64,000 nt of DNA, from positions 145,516,001 through 145,580,000 of the forward strand of contig CM059432.1 in the NCBI GenBank assembly GCA_030390025.1, written 5' to 3'. The number at the start of each line of letters is the position of its first letter. Position 1 is the stretch's first letter. This DNA comes from Squalus acanthias (lineage: Eukaryota). The translations under genes were made by a program, and so were the position numbers. A model generated the notes under the pieces. The model had not been told where the DNA came from and did no database searches. It was given only the letters and a program-made list of their open reading frames with translations. Positions 26,833-39,836 of the stretch are shown piece by piece.

Positions 26833-27786
26833 GATATGATAATGTAGATAGAGAGAGAGGGATGGGTGGAGGTGCAAGGTAAGTTGGTGTGAGAAAGGAT
26901 GTGCAGGGGTAGGGTAGGGTAGGGAAGGCAGAGTGATGGGGATGTAATGAGAGGCACAGCAGGATGAAGGTGAGTATGGCTTTGTACTAACGTTTCGTGA
27001 TCTAATGAGATCATTGAAAGGTTTGCACCACTGCAACCAGGTCCTTCTGATGACATCCCTGCTTGTGCCCTCCTGTGCAATGTGCAACCAGGCTGCGTTG
27101 GTCTCCTGGGGAGGTCTCTTCCGCCCATTGACACTGTACATCCTGGCTGCCACAAGATGCGCCAGGTTGGCACTACCCCACACCAACACCATAAAGCATC
27201 CCTACAATGTCCAAGCCATTCCTTTCACCCTCACCACCATTGCGGGGGGTACCGTTATGTCGCACCATTCACTGCAACTCACTAAGCCACTTCCAAAGGT
27301 GCACGCAAATTTGTCCAAGAATGCAAAGTGTTGAAAATAAAGGTATAAGCATATGGAGGGAGTAATGGGACAACCTGGGTGCAGCCCTATCCCTATGTGC
27401 AGTGATTGTCAGTGTTTGCAGCACTTCAATGCTGTAGAACACTTACCGCACAAATGTCAAAATAAAGTTGGCCATGGTCCCTTTAAGGAAACCAGCTGAT
27501 GACGCGTTATGAAATGATATCACCAGACCCGCTTCTTCTAATTGGCCCGGGAAACGCGCTGGGTGGGCTTAACAAGCCCTATCAACGGAAAGTTAATTCA
27601 CAGAGCGGGATGGAGCCAGCAGCAGGGTCGGGACCCGCCCGGACCCGCCGAGGTAAGTAATATCGCGGCTGTGGTGTCTGTGTATGATGTGTGAACAAGG
27701 GAGTTTTGGGCACATTGGATGCTTACAGTAATTGTTGGATTTTTGGTAGTGCAATGTACTAATGGTTCTATATCTAATTCTGTCAG

Positions 27787-27857
27787 AGTTGCTAACTGCA
27801 GAACTGATATTAAGAGAATTTTCAAGCAGTATCATGATTATTCTGGAGACATTTCAG
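27787..27857 (+). pseudogene. VPS8: VPS8-like exon remnant ((E)LLTAELILREFSSSIMIILETFQ)
   Basis: GTGAGT donor; the acceptor CAG shares its G with the first codon; resembles recalled ELVSLKPCKAAELVATHFSGHIETVIKKLQ with a deletion; expected position in exon order. Confidence 0.65.
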
Positions 27858-27989
27858 GTGAGTTTTGTTTTTACAGATCTACAGCTTAATATGCCTTGGA
27901 AAGAAAACTATTACAACATTACGTCAAGGCTTGTCTATGTGCAGTCTATTTTTTGCAATTAACGTTTGTGATTAACATAAAACTCAATG

Positions 27990-29162
27990 AATCATAGAAT
28001 GATGCAGCACAAAAGGAGGCCATTCTGCCTGTGCTGCCACTTTGAAAGAGCTGCCCAGTTAGTCCCAGTCCTCTGCTCTTTCCCCATAGCCCTGCAAATT
28101 TTTCCCCTTCAAGTACTTATCCAAATTCCCTTTTGAAAGTTACTATTGAATCTGCTTCAACATCCCTTTCAGGCAGTACATTCCAGATCATCATAACTCT
28201 CTGCATAATGTTTTTTTTTCTTTGTGTTGCCTCTGGTTCTTTTGCCAATTCCCCTAAATCTGTGTCCTCTGGTTACCAACACTTCTACCACTGGAAACAG
28301 TTTCTCCTTATTTACTCTATCAAAACACTTTATGATTTTTAACACCGCTATCAAATCTCCTCTTAACCTTCTCTCTTCTAAGGACAACAACCCCAGCTTC
28401 TCTAGCCTCGCCACATAACTGAAATCTCGCATCCCTGGTACCATTCTAGTAAATCTCCTCTGCACCTTCTCCAAGACCTTGACATCCTTCCTGAAGTGTG
28501 GTGCCCAGAATTGGTCACAGTACTCCAGCTGGGGCTTAACGAGTGTTTTATAAAGGGTTAGCATAACTTCCTTGCTTTTGTACTCCCTGCCTCTATTTAT
28601 AAAGCCGAGGATCCCATATGCCTTTTTAACTGCCTTCTCAACTGGTTCTGCCACCTTCAAAGATTTGCGTACATACACCCGCAGGTCTCTCTGTTCCTGC
28701 ACCCCTCTAAAATTGTACCATTTAGTTTATCTAAAATTGTACCATTTAGTTTATATTGCCTGTCCTCATTATTCCTACCAAAATTAATCACTTCACACTT
28801 CTCTGTGTTAAATTTCATCTGCCATGTGTCTGCTCATTTCACCAGTTTATGTCCTCCGGAAGTCTGTTACTATCCTCCTCATTGTTTACTACATTTACGA
28901 GTTGCGTGTTTACTACATTTACGAGTTGCGTGTCATCTGCAACCTTTGAAATTATGCCCTGTGTACCCAAGTCCAGGTCATTAATATATATCAAAAAGAG
29001 CAGTGGTCCTAATACTGACCACTGGGGGACACCACTGCACACTTCCCTCCATTCTGTAAAACAACCATTCACCACTACTCTCTGCTTTCTGTCCCTTAGT
29101 CAATCTTGTATCCTCCAGCCACTGCCACTTTAATCCAATGGGCTTCAATTTTGCTAACAAGT
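27990..29162 (-). mobile_element. CR1 LINE 3' part
   Basis: SGVPQWSVLGP, LEYCDQFWAP, LEERRLRGDL. Confidence 0.9.
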
Positions 29163-29589
29163 TTAAATGGTTCCTACACTGAGATGTACTATGTACTGAG
29201 TCTAAATTTCTTACATTACAGAAATTTATGTTTGGCTTAGTAGTATAGCCAAATTTTTAATGCTGTATCCCCAACTGTTACATGTGCATACCTGAAATCC
29301 ATAAGCAAATAATTGTACTTTAGAACTTAGTAATTCTGACAACATAAATTTTGTTCAGCTAGTTATCCAAAAGTAACTGACATAATAGCAAATTAGTATG
29401 GGCTCGTATTTGTTTTGTAAACCACATTTTTGGGGGGATAGGGTTCAGTCCGCATGATATTTCTTTCTATAGTTGCATTTTTAAAGACACATGTTTGTGA
29501 CAGTGAGCTACTGGGGAGGCTGATGGAGTCAGAGCCAAATAGATGCCTGTGAGAGGCAAACAGGGTGGTTGCTATTTTGCTACATTGAG

Positions 29590-30829
29590 CTATAGGAAGT
29601 TACAGTTCATCCAGGACTCGATGTCTGATGGCCCCAGAGGCTCAGCATCTACATGCAGCTGAGCAGAGCTAGGAGCGCCCTGCGGCCTCCAACGAGGACT
29701 CTCCACTGCTGTCCCTGTCTCCACCATCTGCTCTTGCTCACTTGTGAGTTGTGAAACGCCAGGTGACAATACTACTCTATGTCGCAAACTACCCATTGAG
29801 GTGTGCGTCTCTGCGCTGGTGTTGGGTGCACTCATTTCTGCTGATGCTGAGGATGGAGGTTCCTCTGAGGAGTCCTCCTGCTCTTCTTCCTGGACAGTAG
29901 GGAGGGGGACTCTTGATGGTCCTGTGGGAGAGTAAAGACATGAGTTACACATGTGATATGTAGATTGCAGACACATACCATTGTGCACATGATCATGATT
30001 ACATTTATATGAACATCAGGTCCCATATTCGTCACTCATGAATGCCAAATCAGATGTCTGGAAAATAATTCTGTCACCATGTTGATCTACTAAGCCCATC
30101 TCTCCATTTCCCACTTCAAGCTCCTCAGGACCTCCAGCAAAGTCTAGAGCTGCCTCCTCCGCGTTGGTCAGCTGCGCCACGGATGGTGGTCCTCCTCCTG
30201 TTCTCCCCCTCTCCCTCTTATTGTGGGCTCTCTTTTCCTGCAATGACGGAAAGAATTGGATTTTCAGTGAGAGTGATGGAATGAGTCTATAGAATGGATA
30301 GGATAGATGTTTGGAGGGAGACTACAATGGAATGGGTTCCCATTACCAAGTTCCCTCCTTTTGAGTTGCTAGTTGTTGTCATTGCATATCATGAGGGTGG
30401 GTGTGAGGGGTGCATAGTTAGATGGGGTAGTGATTCTGTACATAGGGAGAGAGGGAAGGTTGATGGTGTAAGTGATGCTAGGTTGAGTGAGGATGTGCAG
30501 GGGTAGGGTTGACAATGCAGAATGATGGGGATGTGATGACAGGCACAGCAGAATTAAGGGAATTGTGCTTTTATACTCACTTTTCCTGTGCGCAGGAGAT
30601 CATTGAACCTCTTCCTGCATTGAATCCTGGTGCGTCTTACCATTGACCTGGCATTGACCTCCCCAGCTATTCGCAGCCAGGCTGCCTGCGTCTGCTGAGG
30701 AGGTTTCCTTCTTCCATCTCCTGGGTACAGGACCTCACGACGAGCTCTGACTCCCTCAACAAGAACATGCAGGGATCCCTCATTGAACCAGGGAGCTGCC
30801 TTCTGTCTCTCTGCAGACCTATTGAGCAC
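29590..30829 (-). mobile_element. Harbinger Myb/SANT-like (NAIF1/MSANTD-type) gene, three exons: ~30829-30581, 30237-30078, 29921-29590; element end at ~31120
   Basis: APWFNEGSLHVLVEGVRARREVLY..AWLRIAGEVNA..RTRIQCRKRFNDL then RTGGGP; GT-AG introns in phases 0 and 1 keep the frame; TIR-like AATCGCGGCC at 31111-31120; no in-frame ATG seen. Confidence 0.85.
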
Positions 30830-31319
30830 CAGCAGCAGTCAGGAGCAGCATAAAAGACCTCAGATGTAACTGTGGAACGTAACCCTTAAGTTCTCCGGCT
30901 GCACACGTTTCAGCAGAGCAGCTAAACAGATCCGCACCTTGTGATGAGGGCGGGTAACCCACACGGCGGGCTCAATTAGCACAATTAAACCAAAATTGTG
31001 TCGGAAGGCTGGCTGGAGCCGGCAGCGGGGCCGGCAGCGGGTCCGGAGCCGGCAGCGGGTCCGGAACCCGCCGAGCTCCGTTCCCGATGCCAACCTGCCT
31101 CCATGAACAGAATCGCGGCCAGAGTCTCCATTTTACATCTTGTCTGAAAGACAGCACCTCCGACAATGTAGCTCTGTCTCTGTACTACACTAATTATGTG
31201 TTGAAGTCCTAGAGTGGGGCTTGAACCCACAATCTCTTGACTCTGAAGAAAATGTGCTATCACTGAGCCAAACTGGCAAGTATTGGGTCTCTGGCTCGTA
31301 GTCACTTTTGATCTACACT

Positions 31320-31780
31320 GATGCAGACACTCAAGAAGCTCGACACCATCCAGGACAAACCAGCCCACTTGATTAGCACCCCATCCACCACCTTAAACAT
31401 TCACTTCCTCCACCACCGGCGCACTGTGGCTACAGTGTATACCATCTACAAGATGCACTGCAGCAACTCGCCAAGGCTTCTTCAACAGCACCTCCCAAAC
31501 CTGTAATCTCTACTGTCAAGTAGGACAAGGGCAGCAGGCGCATGGGAACACCATCACCTCCAAGTCACACACCATCCTGACTTGAAAATATATCACTGTT
31601 CCTTCATCGTCGCTGGGTCAAATTCCTGGAACTTCCTCCCTAACAGCACTATGGGAGTACCTTCAACACGGACTGCAGCGGTTCAAGAAGGCGGCTCATC
31701 ACCACCTTCTCAAGGGCAATTAGGGATGGGCAATAAATGCTGGCCTTGTCAGTGACACCCACATCCCGTGAACGAATTTA
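31320..31780 (+). mobile_element. CR1-clade LINE 3' end
   Basis: TLKKLDTIQDK..YKMHCSNSPRLL; same family as 32495-34170. Confidence 0.8.
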
Positions 31781-31884
31781 AGACACATGATTAAGGTAAT
31801 TGAAAAAGCTGGTAGAGGACTGTGAATTCTCAAAGTTTGGCCCCGGTTGTCACTTGGAAATTTCAGTGTTCTAATTGTTCACAG

Positions 31885-32082
31885 ATGAGCTGTGGAGGCT
31901 GGGTCATTAAGTACATTTAAAGTGGAGATAGACAAATTTTTGCAAGATAAGGGAGTGAAGGGTTATGGGGAGCAGGCTGGGAAGTGGCTTTGAGCCCGAG
32001 ATCAGCCATGATCTTATTGAATGGCGGAGCAGGCTCGAGGGGCCAAGTGGCCTATTCCTGCTCCTATTTCTTATGTTCTTAT
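31885..32082 (+). mobile_element. CR1 3' UTR fragment
   Basis: Near-identical to 59150-59345. Confidence 0.75.
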
Positions 32083-32494
32083 GAAATACTGTAGCCCTGG
32101 CTAGCAGACAGCATAGAAAACTCTTTTCTTGCTCTTGGACTCCATATAGCTCAAAGCCATGCAGATTATAGGTAGTTCTGTACAGGGACACAGGAAATCA
32201 AGGAGTGTTCCATCCAAGGCCACAAGAAAGAATGAATTTACATTTGTATAGCACCCAGTATGTCCCAAAATGCTTTACAGCAATGGATTACATTTGAAGT
32301 GCAATCAATGTTATGTAAACAAAGCCGTTTAATGTCTCTGCCAGGGAGGTAGAGGGAGACCCATATAGAAGATGTACGAGGCAGCATGGTGGGCTAGCGT
32401 TCTGTTCTTTCACCATCAGGATCTGGATTCAGGTCCTACATAGACTGAGAAGTATCTCATTTCTGACAATAAAAATGGCCCATAATTTGGTAAT

Positions 32495-34170
32495 TTTTTT
32501 TATTCGCTTATGGGATGTGGGTGTTGCTGGCAAGGCCGGCATTTATTGTCCATCCCTAATTGCCCTTGAGAAGGTGGTGGTGAGCTGTCTTCTTGAACCG
32601 CTGCAGCCCATGTGGCGGAGGTACTCCCACAGTGCTGTTAGGTAGGGAGTTCCAGGATTTTGACCTAGCAACGATGAAGGATCGGCGATATACGCCTAAG
32701 TCAGGATGGTGTGTGACTTGGAGGGGAACTTGGAGGTGGTGGTGTTCCCATGTGCCTGCTGCCCTTGTCCCTCTAGGTGGAAGAGGTTGCGGGTTTGGGA
32801 GGTGCTGCCGAAGAAGCTTTGGCGAGTTGCTGCAGTGCATCTTGTAGATGGTACACACTGCAGCGACGGTACACCGGAGGGAGTGAATGTTTAAGCTGGT
32901 GGATGGGGTGCCAGTCAAGCGGGCTGCTTTGTCCTGGATGGTGTCGAGCTTCTTGAGTGTTGTTTGGAGCTGCACTCGTCCAGGCAAGTGGAGAGTTTTC
33001 CATCACACTCCTTACTTGTGCCTTGTAGATGGTGGAAAGGCTTTGGGGAGTCAGGAGGTGAGACACTCGTCACAGAATACCTAGCCTCTGACCTGCTCTT
33101 GTTGCCACAGTATTTATGTGGCTGGTCCAGTTAAGTTTCTGGTAAATGGTAACCCCAGGATGTTGATGGTGGGGGATTCGGCGATGGTAATGCAGTTGAA
33201 TGTCAAGGGGTGGTGGTTAGACTCTCGCATGTTGGAGATAGTCATTGCCTGGCACTTTTGTGGCGTGAATGTTACCTGCCACTTATCAGCCCAAACCTGA
33301 ACGTTGTCCAGATGTTGTTGCATGCAGGCATGGACTGCTTCATTATCTGAGGAGTTGTGAATGGCACTGAACACTGTGCAGTCATCAGCGAACATCCCCA
33401 TTTCTGACCTTATGTTGGAGGGAAGGTCATTGATGAAACAGTGGAAGATGGTTGGGCCTAGGACACTGCCCTGAGGAACTCCTGCAGTGATGTCCTGGGG
33501 CTGTGATGATTGACCTTCAACTACCACAACCATCTTCCTTTGTGCTAGGAATGACTCCAGCCAGTGGAGAGTTCCCCCCCCCCTCCCCCGATTCCCATTG
33601 ACTTCAATTTTACTAGGGCTCCTTGATGCCACACTCGGTCAAATGCTGTCTTGATGTCAAGGGCAGTCACTCTCACCTCACTGGAATTCAGCTCCTTTGT
33701 CCATGTTTGGACCAAGGCTGTAATGAGGTTGGGAGCCGAGTGGTCTTGGCAGAACACAAACTGGGCATCAGTGAGCAGGTTATTGGTGAGTAAGTGCGTC
33801 TTGATAGCACTGTCGATGACACCTTCCATCACTTTGTGATGATTGAGAGTAGACTGATGGGGCGATAATTGGCTAGATTGGATTTGTCCTGCATTTTGTG
33901 GACAGAACATACCTGGGCAGTTTTCCACATTGTCGGATAGATGCCAGTGTTATAACTGTACTGGAACAGCTTGGCTAGAGGCGCGGCTAGTTCTGGAGCA
34001 CAAGTCTTCAGCACGATAGCCGGGATGTTGTTGGGGCCCACAGCCTTTGCTGAATCCAGTGCGCTCAGCCGTTTCTTGATATCACGTAGAGTGAATCGAA
34101 TTGGCTGAAGACTGGCTTCTGTGATGGTGGGGACCTCAGGAGTAGGCCGATATGGATCGTCCACTCAGCA
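32495..34170 (-). mobile_element. CR1-clade LINE 3' half
   Basis: NYRPISLL, DIKTAFDRVWH, GVPQGSVLGP, MFADDCT. Confidence 0.9.
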
Positions 34171-35180
34171 GGGTCGAGACCCGTCACCTACGTCGCCCAC
34201 CACGGACCCGCTGAGGTAGGGCAAATCACGGCCCAAGAAGAAGTTAGGTACTTCTCGACAGGGATGAAACATCGGGTTGATATTTACTCTGAACTTTCAG
34301 TCAGCTCCTGACAGTCAGTGTACAGCAACATCATCAGAAACCTGGTAGCCACTATCTGTTACAATCATAGAATTTAAAGCACAAAAGAAGGTCACTCGGC
34401 CCATTGTGCTCGTGCTAGCTCTTGACTTGGAGCTTGCTATCTACTCTAATCCTATTTCCATGCCCTTTCCCTGTATCACTTTTATATTAATTTTAAATAT
34501 ACTTAACTAGTTCCCTTTTAAATTATGTTATAGTGTCTGCTTCAGTACCTACTTGCGGTATAACATTCTATGTTATAATAAATTCTTCTAGTTACAAACC
34601 GGAGTCTAATGGTAGTTAACCTTTTTGGCAGGTGTCCCACATTGTTTGGTCCTCTTGCTACCTCATTGGGGATGGGTCCATTGGTGAAAGTCATTGGACC
34701 AATTAGAAAGCTCACCTCATTGTTTGATTGCCCTGTCAATAAACTGTGTTGCCAATAAGAAAGCAGAGAATGCATATACACGACATGGCACCACCCGACA
34801 CTGAACTAAAGCACCGTTCCATCTTCCACGTCATTAGTCAGCAGCTCTGTCAGTGGGATGTATTGGACTAATGAGAAGCTGAGACTTAAGTCAATATTGA
34901 ATGAAACCAGTGAAAAGGTTGAAACATAACTATATGTCTTCGCACTATATTTGGGCCGGGCAGGCACCAGGCATGTAGAACACACACAATCTATTAGCAT
35001 TATGATGAGTGGTTTAATTTTCAAAATCTTCTCCACTTACCATGGATTTAGTTTTTTTTAGTGTGTGTGCTGACTATTTTCCACTCTTGCGATGCCCACA
35101 GTGATCAGCAAATTGTTATCAGTACATCTTTATCTTTTATCTGACTTTGGGTAATTGTGTGTCTTTGATTTGTCGTACAG

Positions 35181-35323
35181 AGCCTTGGCCCTTCCAGGAG
35201 GTCAGTCTTTTAAACCATGAATATCATGAGAAATATATTAACTTCTTGTGCCAAAGGAAACCAGATCTAGTGACCGCTTTCCTCAAGAAGTTAGAGTTCT
35301 ATCGTCCAGAAGAAGCAATCGAG
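35181..35323 (+). pseudogene. VPS8: VPS8-like exon (PWPFQEVSLLNHEYHEKYINFLCQRKPDLVTAFLKKLEFYRPEEAIE), clathrin heavy-chain-repeat region
   Basis: TACAG acceptor, GT donor; resembles recalled EQFIELLCQFNPTQVIETLQVLECYRLEETIQ; part of ORF 35147..35329. Confidence 0.85.
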
Positions 35324-37619
35324 GTATAAAGCTGCACAATTGTTTTTCAGCGAAATCAATTGCAAGAATGTTATTTTGATGTTTTAAAAAAAAAAAGCCC
35401 AAAACATAGTAATCTACAGCTATGAAGATACTCATCCACTGTGCAAGAAAACATCAATTTACATGAACATTGGGAGATTTGGTAGTTAAATGTGGAACGT
35501 GTAATAATGAGTTGACTTGTATGATGTTACCACACTGGACCGGCAGAGAATGACAATTTCATGGGAAAAAGTAGCCAACTAAAAATGCTTAATTTTTTTT
35601 TTTTTAATATATGCTTTTGTTTATAAAGGACAAAAATAGATTTTTTTTAACCCTTGGACTGCTAGCAGTTTCAGGGAAGCTCCTGTCTCTCTCGGCTGAC
35701 CAGTTTTGTTTTTAACTTTAGCACTGTGATACTGAAATAGAGAATATTACTGGTAAAGCTACAAAATTAGCTTTATTATTGTACTAACTCCTAAATGGAA
35801 ACCCTAAAATATTTACCTAGTTTAACTAAAACATCCACCTAAAAATTTCTTGGTGTATGTTATTTCCCTTATTATAAAGCAAAGTCTTGCCTTACTTTGT
35901 AATTTTCACCATTTATATGATGATTCATGTAGTGAATTGAAGTTAGTTTTGTAGGCAAACATGGAAGCCATTTCATGCACATCAAGTTCCCACGAACAAG
36001 CATGAGATGAATGACCAGTTAATCTTATTTTACTTTTTTTCTTAACTGCAGTGATCTGTTCTACCTATTCTAACCCTTTTTACCTTTTAAGGTTTAAAAA
36101 CTCTTATTTAACCATTTTTATCTGTAGATCCCTAAAGGATTAATATCCAAGATTGACTTGAAAGACCATGCTACATATATTGCAGATGAAACAGAAAATA
36201 ACTACAGTTGCATATATGCCTTTTAAGATGGAATATACTGTTCCAGATTTTGCAGTCAGTGGCAAAGGAATGGCACTTGCCATTTACTGTGCTGACAGCT
36301 GCCCACAGACTTTTTGCAGGCTTTTGAGTGACCACTTACTGTCATTGGGCATCTGATCCAGCGTGGAGCCCTCTACAGGGGTTCTGTGGCGTGTGTGAGC
36401 AGAACAAGCAACAGCGTGTCTCTTCAACCAATCAGATTGAAGAATCCTCACTGACATAGAGTCTAAACCAGGAAGTATAAATTGGATTTAAATCATGTAC
36501 AGAAAGCAAAATAAAGAGAGGAAAGAAAGATGGGATTAAAAGACAGAAAGGAAAAGGATTTTTAAAAATTTTTTTTTTTAAATCTCCAGCACTAATTAAT
36601 TTTTGAAGGAATGATACTCCACACTTGTAAAATTTAATTATCAGTGCCAGAGACATTGTTTGGAAGTAATTATGACTTAATCAAGCTGTTAGAAATTCAC
36701 TTACAACTGAATGCACCAGCCCTAACTTTCTCTGCTGTGTTTAGTGGGTAACTAGTGGGTAAGTACAGCAACTTCACGCCCTTACATGGATTTTAATGCC
36801 AAGACTATCAGCGAGATACCGGTATAGCGCAGCCTGCGGAGGAGCAAGGTAACTTGGACTGTAACTTCTGGATTTCGGCATTTAACTGCGCATGTGCGGA
36901 CTCCAAATGTTGCTGTCCGATTTACTCTATAATAACGGTGAGCACTGTTCACCTCACCGTTATTCTCAGTGCTAAATCCAGGCCAATATATAAGCAATGA
37001 TTAAATATGTGTAATGCAATTAAAGATCAAAAAGTGGTTAAAAAGTAATTTAGTAGCTATAGGAAACAAATCAGTTTAAGTAAAAGGTTTTCGTAAGTTG
37101 TATGCTCTGCTGAATATAGTTCCATAAATCCATACCACGAGAAAAGACATTGGCCTGGAGTTTCCGCTTTTAGGCGCAATCGGCGATCCGGTCGCAAATT
37201 GCGCCCAAAATTGCGCTAGTTTTGAGGAGTGTGTTTTTTTTTCAAGTTTCCGCTCAAACTCATTTGCATATCACCAAACGTTAAATCTGCCATGAACCAG
37301 CGCAATCGGGCAACGTTTTAGGATGTAATTTTTTTTAAACATATTACTTAATTGCAGGCTTATTCATATCCGCTAGCCTTTTTTGATAGTCGTTTTTAGC
37401 TCTTTTTCACCTCCCCACTACACATTCCATATTCCTTCTGATTTTATTTAGTATTACATACATAAAATTATATAGAAATTGAAACAGTCTGTTTGGCTCA
37501 ACCTGTCTGCATTAGAGGTATTGTTAGCTCTAATTTTATCACCTGCCACCCTTTAAATCTCTCTTTATCTACAGAACTTATTCTTTTGATGCATATACTT
37601 TCTTTGCCTTGTTGGAATA

Positions 37620-38200
37620 CTACAACAACTTGCATTTATATAACACTTTTAATGTAGAAAAACGTACCAAGGCACTTCATGGAAGAGAAATCAGATAAGA
37701 ATCAATGCCGAGCCAAAGAAGGAGGTATTAGGAGGGGTGGCTAAAAGCTTGGATAAAGATTTGGGTTTTAAGTACAGTCTCAAAGGAGGAGGGAGGGAAT
37801 TACAGGGCATAGGGCTTAGACTGCTAAAGGCATGACTGCCATAAGTGGTTGAAGGGACTGGGAGATGCACAAGAAGCCAGAGTTGGAGGAAAGCAGAGTT
37901 ATTGGAGGGTTGTAGGCCTGGAAAAGGGAGAAGAGATAAGGAGAAACAAGGCCATGAATGTATTTAAACATGAGGATGAGAATTTTAAACTTCAGACTTT
38001 GGGGGCTCGCACAGTGATGATGGGTGAGCAGGTCTTGGGTAGAATAGGATATGGGCAGCAGAGTTTTAGATGAGCTGGTTTATGGAGGGTGATGGATGAG
38101 AGGCTGGCGAGGAGAACATTGAAATAGTTGAGTACGGAGGTGACAACAGCATGTTTGAGGATTTCAGCAACAGATGGGCTGAGCCGGAGGTGGTTGATTT
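37620..38200 (-). mobile_element. L2-type LINE 3' fragment
   Basis: Similar to 63250-63900, with the same caacttgcatttatata end. Confidence 0.65.
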
Positions 38201-38344
38201 ACGGATGTGGATGTATTATCTTTGGAGAGAATAAGGGGTCAGAAATTCAGCTCGGAGTTCAGCTTTGGATGCCCTTCCTTTCCCCCTCGTGGGAATGTGT
38301 CTACTCCGTACACGAACCATCTCCTCTTTGAAGGGCTCCTATTG

Positions 38345-39312
38345 TTCATTACCAATTTTTGATTACAATCCAACTGGGCCAGAATCCTTTTCAACTAACT
38401 AAAATTAGCCCTCCTGCAATTAAGTATTCTTAAGCTTGATTGTTCCTTGTCCTTTTCCATAACTATTCGAAACTTGACAATATCATCGCAGTTCCTCAAA
38501 TGCTCTCCCACTGAAACATGCTCCATTTGCCCCACTTAATTCCCCAGAACTAGATCCAGCAATGCTTCCTTCCACTTTGGGCTGAAAATACACTGATCAA
38601 GAAAATTTGCTTGTACATAGTTCAGGAATTTGTCCTTAACACTGTTACTATAATCTACACCCAGTAGCTTAATATCTCCTCTATTGTTCCTTAATTCGAA
38701 CCAAATATATTCTGTCTTTGACCCTCAATTACATCATCCCTTTCCAGTGCTATAATAGTTTCTTTGATCAATATTGCCACCCCTTCCTTTTTTACCTTCC
38801 CTATCTTTCCTGAATACCTTGTAGCCAGGAATATTAAATTCCCAATCCTCTCTTTCTTTGAGCCAGGTCTCTTGTATTGCCACTATATCATAGGCCCATG
38901 TGACGACTTGTGTATGTAGCTCACCAACCTTATTTACCACGCTACGTGCATTTACGCACATGCCCAAACCCATCTTGCACTGCCTCGCATTTGTCCCCTG
39001 TCTGACCCCTCCTATTTCTGAACTATTCTTTACTCTAGTGCTATTTGTCTCTCCCAATTCTCTGTGCACCTTGTTTCACCTGGTGCCTATTCCCCAGCCA
39101 AATTAGTTTAAACCCTCCCCTACAGCACTAGTTAACCTCCCCGCTAGGACATTGGTCCCAGCTCTGTTGAGGTGACACCTGTCCATCTTGAACAGGTCCC
39201 TCCTTCCCCAGAACTGATCCCAATGCCCCAGGAATCTGAAGCCCTCCCTCCTGCACCATTTCTCCAGCCATGCGCTAACCTGTCTTATACCACAATTCTT
39301 ATACTCGCTAGC
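38345..39312 (-). mobile_element. CR1 fragment: ORF1 SGNH-esterase C-terminus and ORF2 endonuclease start
   Basis: WLEKWCRREGFRFLGHW..D.CHLNRAG; NARSVVNK..DIVAIQETWL..GYKVFRKDR. Confidence 0.85.
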
Positions 39313-39836
39313 ATAAGAACATAACATAAGAAATAGGAGCAGGAGGAGGCCATTTGGCCCCTCGAGCCTGCTCTGCTATTCAGTAAGATCATGGCTGATC
39401 TTATCTTGGCCTCAACTCCACTTTCCTGCCCGCTCCCCATAACCCTTGACTCCCCTGTAGTTCAAATATCTGTCTATCTCCACCTTAAATATATTCAATG
39501 ACCCAGCCTCCACAGCTCTCTGGGGTAGAGAATTCCAAAGATTCACGACCCTCTGAGAGAAGAAATTCCTCCTCATCTCCGTTTTAAATGGGCGACCCCT
39601 TATTCTGAAACTATGCCCCCTAGTTTTAGATTCCCCCACGAGGGGAAACATCCTCTCTGTATCTACCCTGTCAAGCCCCCCTCAGAATCTTATATGTTTC
39701 AATAAGATCACCTCTCATTCTTCTAAACTCCAATGAGTATAGGCCCAACCTGCTCAACCTTTCTCCATAAGACAACCCCCTCATCTCAGGAATCAACCTA
39801 GTGAACCTTCTCTGAACTGCCTCCAATGCAAGTAAG

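Larger units (their letters stand above)
16984..27670. mobile_element. Older Harbinger/PIF element (16984-18099 + 26833-27670) hosting the RTE insertion; transposase remnant on +, Myb/SANT remnant on -
   Basis: The two parts rejoin into sequence collinear with 59380-60271; Myb remnant GRKRPPQETNAAWLHIAQE..RTWLQWCKPFNDL; TIR-like ends GGGGGAATTTT / ATATCGCGGCT. Confidence 0.75.

Noticed and set aside
29222..29242. Candidate remnant of a VPS8 exon (KFMFGLV after TTACAG)
   Set aside because: Only seven codons; could be chance.
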